From assembly GCA_951406725.2 (NCBI GenBank), contig OX597831.1, forward strand, positions 36,456,001 through 36,520,000: DNA of 64,000 nucleotides, written 5' to 3'. The DNA is from Octopus vulgaris (lineage: Eukaryota). The translations under genes were made by a program, and so were the position numbers. The notes under the pieces are model-generated. The model did no database searches and was not told the origin of the DNA. It saw nothing but the letters and a program-made list of their open reading frames with translations. Shown here piece by piece: positions 55,578-64,000 of the stretch. Within the stretch, counting starts at the first letter, position 1. Every line of letters begins with the position of its first letter.

Positions 55578-56133
55578 TGCCCTGATGCAGTACCAGGCAG
55601 TGGCTCTCACGGCTTCTGATCTTAACTGATTGGAAGTGTTATCATGTGCATTATTTTGTCTTGGTATAAAAGATGGGCTACAGCAAATATTCTGCTCAGT
55701 ACCACAGATTTGCTTGTCAGTTGTTTGACCTTAACCAGTTGACCATGTCCCTTAGTGGCTGACGATATGTGCATCTCTGATCACGAACAGAAGTAGTGGG
55801 GGAGCATCATAGCCGTGTGTTGAAAGGAATTCTTAGACGTTTGGATAATTCACCTTTAGAAAAAATGGGTGGTTCGTTCAACATCCTTAAACAAGCCTTC
55901 TTCAGGGACCTTTTGAGCAGGATCGGCTACTTGACCAGAAGAAAATTCTAACTGGGCCCCACCAGCAAGGTCATGCACTGTTTATCTTGATATGAGATCA
56001 CCATGTCACGCACATATGGTTGTAATGTATGTGCCTGGTGTACCCTTATTAGACGTGTAGTCATGATCGGTATACTGGGCTTCGTATATTTTACCCCAGT
56101 GCCACTTTGATGGCATGCACTGCTCTCTCACTC
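55578..56133 (+). mobile_element. Non-coding element F (about 555 bp) inserted in (AAT)n
   Basis: Same termini as the inverted copy at 58216-58769, (AAT)n on both flanks, no TIR, no Pol III boxes. Confidence 0.85.
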
Positions 56134-56170
56134 AATAATGATAATAATGATAATTATAATAATAATAATA

Positions 56171-56293
<123 letters not shown>

Positions 56294-57110
56294 GTTTAAA
56301 ATTTTAGCACAAGGCCATCAAGTTCAGCGGGAGGGGACTAATTGATTACATCGACCCCAGTGGGTATATGAACATCTATGTATACGTACAACGTTGGCAA
56401 TTTTAAAGGGTGAGGGTTAGTTGATAATGTCAACTCCAGTACTTGACCAATGGGTTATTTTACCAGCCACTAAGGGACATGCACAACTGGTTAAGGTGAA
56501 GTTGTCCTTAGTATGAGTTGAACTTGAAATACACAGAACCAGAGCAAATACTCCGAAGCATTTTTTTCAGCTGCTCTTATGTTTTTCCTAGTTCACTGCC
56601 CTTAATGACTGTTGATAATTTAAGCACAAGCCAGCAATTTTGAGCTGTGTGGGTAAAACAATACAATTGCCCCTGGTGCTTGGCTATATTTATTTTATCA
56701 ATCTGAAAAAAGATGAAAGGCAAATGTGACCTCACCAAAATTTGAGCTTATAATGTACTGAAGCCAGCACTGGATTAACCATTAAGCAAAATAAACTTGT
56801 GCTTAGGGCAACAAGAGAAGTGGGGTACCACATAAATTGTAAAAGGTTTGCGGTACAAGAAGAAATCACTTTAAACTTGTAAAAATAATATTTGGGATGC
56901 TTTATCTCTACTAAGTATAGAAGCAAATGTGTTACATGAGATTAATTTTCAGGAGCTATTCAAAGAATGCAATTAATTAAAAAAATGGGAGAAAACTTTT
57001 CAAATATAATTAAAGTGGAAGTATACAAAAATAAACATTATTTTCCATCTTACTGTTAGATTTGATCCATTTTGAAAAATAAAAAATTATGCTGTTTTAT
57101 TATTGTTTGT

Positions 57111-57355
57111 GGAGGCACATGGCTTAGTAGTTAGGGTGTCAGCTCCATGCTCGTAAGATTGTAGTTTCGATTTGTGGACTGGGCACGCATTGTGTTCTTG
57201 AGCAAAACACTTTATTTCACATTGCTCCAGTCCACTCAGCTGGCAAAAATGAGTAATCCTGCGACGGACCATCCAGGACCATCCAGCTGGAGAACACATA
57301 TGCCATAGAAACCGGGAAACCGGGCCCATGAGCCTGGCTAGGCTTTAAAAAGGGC
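57111..57355 (+). mobile_element. tRNA-derived SINE, family D head with a different tail
   Basis: Shares TTGTGTTCTTGAGCAAA.CACTTTATTT..CAC.TTGCTCCAGT.CACTCAGCTG with 23586. Confidence 0.75.
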
Positions 57356-57807
57356 TAATTTATTTATTATTTATGATTGATTATATTTTTAATTTCATAT
57401 ACATGTCTTGCAAACAACTTGCACATGCAAGTGCTACAAGTCAATAACTACACATACCAGAAGCCAGCAAGTGTTTGAGGTCATCAAGTGAGAATGCGCG
57501 TGTTACCTTCGAAACACAGAGTAGACGAAGCAGGGGTGGCTGAAGAAGGGGAATTTTCCTTGTGCTGTGTCTTGTACTCTGTTTTTGCATTGTTTAAAAA
57601 AATTGACTGTTTCCATGGTTTTGTTTTTATGTTTTCATTTCTCATTGTGTTCGACGATTTTTTGGTGTCCTGTACACATATATACATGTATATATACATA
57701 TAGATGTCGGTATGTACACATATGTATGTATATATGCATATGTTTTATTTATTATTTTGTTATTATATGATGGAACGCCACTCATCCACTTCCAAGTAAG
57801 TTTTATC

Positions 57808-57854
<47 letters not shown>

Positions 57855-57881
57855 ATGTATATGTATGCATGTATATATGTA

Positions 57882-58092
57882 TTTGTGTGTCTGTGTTTGT
57901 TCTCCACCAACATCACTTGATAACCGATGTTGGTGTCTTTACATCACTGTAACTTAGCAGTTTGGCAATAGAGAACAATAGAATAAGTACTAGGCTTAGA
58001 AAGAATAAGTCCTGGGGTTGATTTGTTCAACTAAAGGCGGTACTACAGCATGGCTACAGTCAAAAGACTGAAATAAGTAAAAGAATGAAAGA
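57882..58092 (+). mobile_element. SINE family A, 3' half
   Basis: Colinear with family A. Confidence 0.82.
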
Positions 58093-58148
58093 ATTATTAT
58101 TACTATTATTATTATTATTATTATTATTATTGTTATTATTATTATTAC

Positions 58149-58215
<67 letters not shown>

Positions 58216-58768
58216 GAGTGAGAGAGCAGTGCATGCCATCAAAGTGACACTGGGGTAAAATATACGAAGCCCAATATACCCATCATGACTACCCGTCTGA
58301 TAAAGGTACACCAGACACATGCATCACAACCATATGTGCGCGACATGGTGATCTCATATCAAGATAAACAGCACATGACCTTGCAGGTGGGACCCAGTTA
58401 GAATTTTCTTCAGGTTGAGTAGCCCATCCCGCTCAAACGGTCCCTGAATAAGGGTTGTTTAAGGATGTTGAAAGAACCACCCATGTTTCCAGAGGTGAAC
58501 TATTCAAACCCCAAAGAATCCCTCTCAACACATGGCTATGATGCTCCCCACTACTTCTGCTCGTGATCAGAGATGCACATATCGTCAGCCACTAAGGGAC
58601 ATGCTCAACTGGTTAAGGTCAAACAACTGACAAGCAAATCTGTGGTATTGAGCAGAATATTTGCTGTAGCCCATCTTTTATACCAAGACAAAACAATGTA
58701 CATGATAACACTTCCAATCAGTTAAGATCAGAAGCCATGAGAGCCACTGCCTGGTACTGCATCAGGGC

Positions 58769-58769
<1 letters not shown>
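58216..58769 (-). mobile_element. Element F, second full copy, in (ATT)n
   Basis: Reverse complement of 55578-56133. Confidence 0.85.
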
Positions 58770-58828
<59 letters not shown>

Positions 58829-58831
58829 CAA

Positions 58832-59050
58832 GTCAGAAAGCTGGCAGAACCATTTATCAGGATGAACAAAATGCTCAGCAGCATTTCATGCGTCTTCACG
58901 TTCTGAGTTCAAATAATGCCAGGGCTAAGTTTACCATTCATCATTTTGGAGGGTGAATAAGATAAGTAAGAATTGATCACTGTAGTCGATTTCAAAGATT
59001 TAACCCCCCCCCCCACCTCTTGAAAGTTTAGACCTTGTGCCAAAATTCAG
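58832..59050 (+). mobile_element. SINE family B, diverged
   Basis: GCTGGCAGAA head, GTTCTGAGTTCAAAT and degenerate central domain. Confidence 0.65.
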
Positions 59051-59065
59051 AAGCATTATTACTGT

Positions 59066-59090
59066 TAGTAGTAGTAGTAGTAGTAGTAGT

Positions 59091-59167
<77 letters not shown>

Positions 59168-59472
59168 CAGCAGCAACAGCAGACGCAGCAGTAGTAGTAT
59201 TAGTATTAGTAGCAGTAGTAGCAGCAACAGCAGTAGTAGTAGTAGTAGCAGCAGTAATATTAATAGCAGTACCAGCAGCAGCAGCAGTAGTAGTAGTAGC
59301 AGCAGTGGCAGCAGCAGTGGCAGCAGCAGTGGCAGCAGCAGTGGCAGCAGCAGCAGTAGTAGTAGTAGTAGTAGTAGTAGCAGCAGCAGCAGTGGCAGCA
59401 GCAGCGGCAGTAGCAGTAGTAGTAGTAGTAGTAGTAGTAGTGGCAGTAGCAGCAGCAGCAGCAGCAGCTGCA
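59066..59472. repeat. Compound (TAG)n/(CAG)n trinucleotide tract
   Basis: Directly visible. Confidence 0.95.
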
Positions 59473-60204
59473 GTGATGTGGTAGTTTCCTTAATCTGATT
59501 TAATGTATGGTTTATTTCACTAGTCTCTAATGTACAACTTAAGTGCTTGAAAGATGCAGTAGACTTTGTAAAAATAAACAAATATAACTAAAAATAAATG
59601 TAATAAAAACTACCTACCATAGACATATTTTCACTATTTAAAAAAAAAAATCATATATTTTTTTTCTGTTTTATTTAGATTATTCATTTATTTTTATTTT
59701 ACTCGAGAAAATACCAACATTAGTTTAGAAGGCATCAATAATATAAAAATATTATCATTATTTTTTATTTTTTGTGTTTTTTTTTTTGGTTTTGTCATTT
59801 TTCAGTTATTTTTTATGTGTTTTTTGGCTATTTAATATATTTTATTTAGTTATTTCATTATTTGAATTTTTTTGTTGTTTTTTTTTAAATATTTTTTTTG
59901 ATCTGAATAGTTCTGATGCATCAAAATGTATAGTTAACTAGTTAAAGTAAATGTATGTATGTTAAAACATGTGAATGTATATGTGCGTGTGTGTGTGTGT
60001 GTGTACGTGTGTGTGTGTGTATACGTGGGTGTGTGTGTATGCGTGTAAGTTAATTGCGTATGTGTTCATGTCGGTGTGATGTTATGACATAGTCAAATCA
60101 TATTGGATTGAAGCAAATGAATATAAATGAGTAAAAAAAAAAAAAACTGAAATAAGGTGACTGGGAGAAAGAGAGAGGAGAGACAGAGTGACAGAGAGGT
60201 ATAG

Positions 60205-60370
60205 ACATCATGTATGTATATATATATATAAATATTATATATATATATATAATATACAAAATATAAATACATATATATATATGTATGTATATTTTATATA
60301 TTATATATATGTATATATATATATATATGCATATATAAAATATACAATATATGCATATATATAATATACA

Positions 60371-60453
<83 letters not shown>

Positions 60454-60567
60454 TATACATAATATACAATATATATATTCTCACACACACACACATATAA
60501 TATGATATATGATATATATATATATACATACATACATACATATATATTCATTTATATCATATATATA

Positions 60568-60624
<57 letters not shown>

Positions 60625-60628
60625 TATA

Positions 60629-60696
<68 letters not shown>

Positions 60697-60705
60697 TATA
60701 TTTAT
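60205..60705. repeat. Compound (TA)n microsatellite field
   Basis: Directly visible. Confidence 0.93.
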
Positions 60706-61036
60706 GGCAAAAGAGAGAAAGTGAGTGAGATTAACTGACATACAGCACAAAATAAATTGACAATACAAAGACAAATAAATAATATAAAGGGCTAGAAACT
60801 CAGAGAATGAGTAAACCAAGAGAGAATATGAGAGGAGAGAGAAAGAAAGAGAAAGAGAGAGAGAGAGAAAGAAAGGCACAGCAGACATAAATACAGACAG
60901 ACACAAGCAATATAAGAATCATCAGGAGAGATGAATAAATGAATAGATATTTAAATAGTTATAAAGTAATATCGTTGTTGTGAAATATTGTGGGAGTTAT
61001 ATATAACAAAACGTTGTTGCTGCTGCCGCTGCTGAT

Positions 61037-61067
<31 letters not shown>

Positions 61068-61291
61068 TTGATGATGAATAGTCGGTTAGAAGCGAAAGAC
61101 AACTGAATAAAATGTGATAGATAACTAAATAGTTGTAATAACATAGCTAAATAAAAGAGGTGGTGTATAAACAAATGGAGGGTGATTGTTAACTAAAAAG
61201 GTGAAAGCTATCTTGGTGTACAGGACCTCAGTAAACAACAGAGAGATAACGAAACAGAGGCAAAATTGATAAATAATCAAAAGTTTGATCT

Positions 61292-61348
61292 TTGTGGGCT
61301 GAAGACAACTGAAGACATGTTTCAGTCTGTTGGACCTCATCAGCACAA
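61292..61348 (-). ncRNA. Hammerhead-like motif with canonical CUGAUGA/GAAA core
   Basis: UUGUG-CUGAUGA-GGUC(CAACA)GACU-GAAAC-AU-GUC...GCC-CACAA. A second, more degenerate copy lies at 62534-62590. Confidence 0.5.
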
Positions 61349-61450
61349 TACAGGCTACTGAAGCTTGCTTGATCATTTATGTGACAAAATTTTTGCACAT
61401 GAAAAACATATAGTTAGGAGTGATATTTCAGTAATATCTTGAATGTTTCA

Positions 61451-61825
61451 AGGCAGCGACCTGGCACAGACGTTAGCACACCGGGCGAAATACTTAGCAG
61501 TATTACGCCTGTCTTTATGTTCTGGGTTCAAATTCTGCCGAGGTCGACTTTGCCTTTCATCCTTTCGGGGTCGATAAATTAAGTACCAGTTACACACTGG
61601 GGTCGATGTAATCGACTTAATCACTTTGTCTGTCCTTGTTTGTCCTCTCTGTGTTTAGCCCCTTGTGGGTAGTAAAGAAATAGGTATTTCGTCTCCGCTG
61701 AGGTCATCTTTGCCTTTTATCCTTTCAGAGTCGATAAATTAAGTAGCAGTTGCATACTGGGGTCGATCGAATCGCCTAGCCTCCTCCCCAAAAATGTCGG
61801 GCCTTGTGCCTAGATTAGAAAAGAA
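61451..61825 (+). mobile_element. SINE family B, internally duplicated
   Basis: Head, B box and central domain twice. Absent from duplicate unit B. Confidence 0.85.
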
Positions 61826-61837
61826 TATTTCGAATCC

Positions 61838-62200
61838 TTCACTTGATTCTGTCATTAGACTGTGATCATACTAAGACACAGCCTTGAAAGGTTTACTCAA
61901 ACAGACAAACCCCAGTATTTAATATTAATCCTGGTATCTACCCTATTGGTCTCATTTGCCAAACTGCTAAGTTAAACAGACATAAACAAGACAACCGTAG
62001 TTGTCAAGTGGTATTGGGGGGTAAACACAACACAAATACATTCATATATATATAACAGGATTCTTTCAGTTTCATCTACTAAATCCACTCACAAGACTTT
62101 GGTCAGCCCAGCGCTTCAGTAGAAGACACTTGCTTAAGATATCCTGTAGTGGGACTGAACTTAGGACCACATGATTGGGAAGCAATCATCTTAACTACAA
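61838..62200 (-). mobile_element. SINE family A, old diverged copy
   Basis: Reverse-complement matches to the tail, body and head. Confidence 0.72.
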
Positions 62201-63139
62201 AATCCCTGTCTATGCCTGTTATGATTTCATAATTGAAAAGATAAAGTTAACGAATGAAGTGAAATAATTCAGTGGAGTTGATAAGCAAATACCGAAGACA
62301 GTACACCAAAAAAATAAAAAAATTAATTAGCTTAAATTTCATCCTAATTGATTTTAAGTAATGAAGAATATTTTCTGAATGAGATTCAGTACATTATCCA
62401 AAGAGGTGATGTATAAGCAAATGGGGGTGATTGTTAACTAAAAAGCTAACTTGATACAAGAGGTAAATAAAGAGAGAGGAGGAGATAGATATGAAACAGA
62501 GGCAAAGTTGATAAATAATTAAAAGTTTGATCTTTGTGGGCTAAAGACAACTAAGGACATGTTTCAGTCTATTGGATCTCATCAGCACAATACACTACTG
62601 AAGCTTGCTTGACCATTAGACAACATTTTACACGTGGAAAAAAATAGTTAGGAAGGATGTTTCAGTGATATCTTGTATCTTTCATTTGATTCAGTCATTA
62701 GACTGTGGCCATACTGAGACACAGTGGATTTTAACTAACAAAGAATATTTTCTGAATGAGATTCAGTACATTATCCTTTCACTTATTGAATTTATGCCAT
62801 TGATTTGTTTGAGTCATTTCTCTAAGTTCATGTTATTTTATAATTATGTATATTACATGGCTAAAAATGATACATAGTTTATACTTATGAAGTTGTATTG
62901 CAAGATTCTTGATGTGAAACCATGTGTTGAAACATATATTGTTATATTTCGTGATGGTTATTTCCATTGTTTTTTTCTTTTTTTTGCCAAATAAACACAA
63001 TCACTATATATAGATTAAACAGAACAAGGGGACACACATGGATGGAAAGGATTCCTGAAGAGGTCATAGATGTGTGACGAAGGATTTCCAGACAATGGAT
63101 TAAGAAAACATTAGAACAGTAATAAACAAGTGAAGAATG

Positions 63140-63488
63140 AATATGTATGCCTTACTGGCACCTGTGCCAGTGACATGGGAAGAAATACTCGAGCGAGGTC
63201 ATTTCCAGTGTCGCTGGACTGGCTCCTGTGCAGGTGGCACATAAAGAACACCATTTGAGCATGGCCATTGCCAGTACCACCTGACTGGCCCTTGTGCCAG
63301 TGGCACATAAAAGCACCCACTACACTTCGGAGAGGTTGGCGTTAGGAAGGGCATCCAGCTGTAGAAACTCTGCCAGATCAAGATTGGAGTCTGGTGCAGG
63401 CATCTGGTTCGCCAGTCCTCAGTCAAATCGTCCAACCCATGCTAGCATGGGAAGTGGAATTTAAACTATGATGATGATGATGATGATG
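63140..63488 (+). mobile_element. SINE family C with upstream minisatellite and (GAT)n tail
   Basis: GGTTGGCGTTAGGAAGGGCATCCAGCTGTAGAAAC core. Confidence 0.82.
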
Positions 63489-63919
63489 TTTATTTGGCCA
63501 AAAACAAAAACAAAAGAAAAATGACCATCCCAAAATATAACAATACAGATATATAACATGTTTTCTGTACGTAAAAGTTCTTCTTAACTTATGAAGTCTG
63601 CCTCTGCAGGCTGTACATAACCATAATTAGCATTTGTTTACAAACAAGAGAAAAAAGACTTTCTATTTTCTAAGGATGTAAATATATTTTAAAAATTAAT
63701 TTTCAGGAATTAACTTGCTTCTCTTTAGGGGATACGCTCACACCTTAGCAGTTGTTAGGTTTTTTTCATTTATTTTCACCAACAAAAACAAGAATTTCAC
63801 TTTTTTTACAGATGGCATTCAGTACATTACTCATTTATCCAAATACAAGTAAATAGACCATTTGCTCACTTTAATTTTTAATTAGAGCAGATTACAGTTG
63901 CGAAATTCTGGTTATGACC

Positions 63920-63923
<4 letters not shown>

Positions 63924-63991
<68 letters not shown>

Positions 63992-64000
63992 CTCGCTCTC
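63924..64000. repeat. (TC)n microsatellite
   Basis: Directly visible; runs to the window end. Confidence 0.95.

Larger units (their letters stand above)
61154..62776. repeat. Head-to-tail duplication (unit A 61154-62399, shorter unit B 62400-62776)
   Basis: Both units start AAAGAGGTG.TGTATAA and end in an identical 36-mer (62364-62399, 62741-62776). Confidence 0.8.

Noticed and set aside
55865-55965. HDV-like ribozyme in element F
   Set aside because: Some hairpins are present, but I could not build the nested double pseudoknot by eye. It needs a descriptor search.
62364-62776. 36-bp direct repeat as a target-site duplication
   Set aside because: Better explained as the common end of two head-to-tail duplicated units.

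Overview
This is AT-rich eukaryotic DNA saturated with microsatellites and dispersed repeats. The repeat families and the (TA)n/(AAT)n load look like a coleoid cephalopod, most likely Octopus; that is an inference from pattern recognition, not a search result. No intact protein-coding gene, tRNA gene, rRNA or CRISPR array is supported, and almost all ORF-track entries are microsatellite or antisense-transposon artefacts. The window holds at least five SINE families and fragments of L1/Tx1, R4/Dong and CR1-like LINEs. It also holds an internally deleted mariner, pogo/Tigger-like MITEs, non-autonomous Helitrons, a Helentron-type HINE, a probable solo LTR, three long foldback palindromes and several local duplications. 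The most interesting unexplained signal is a set of minimal type-I hammerhead-ribozyme-like motifs in at least four unrelated repeats, mostly Penelope-like and several embedded in (TA)n. One motif has an apparent G3-C8 compensatory core swap and one family has a fixed A6U change. Other highlights are an ORF1-only retroposon with target-site duplication, a CR1/SINE pair sharing a 3' tail, an (AAT)n-targeting non-coding element partly captured by a MITE, and two candidate minus-strand micro-exons. Coordinates of degenerate repeats are approximate.
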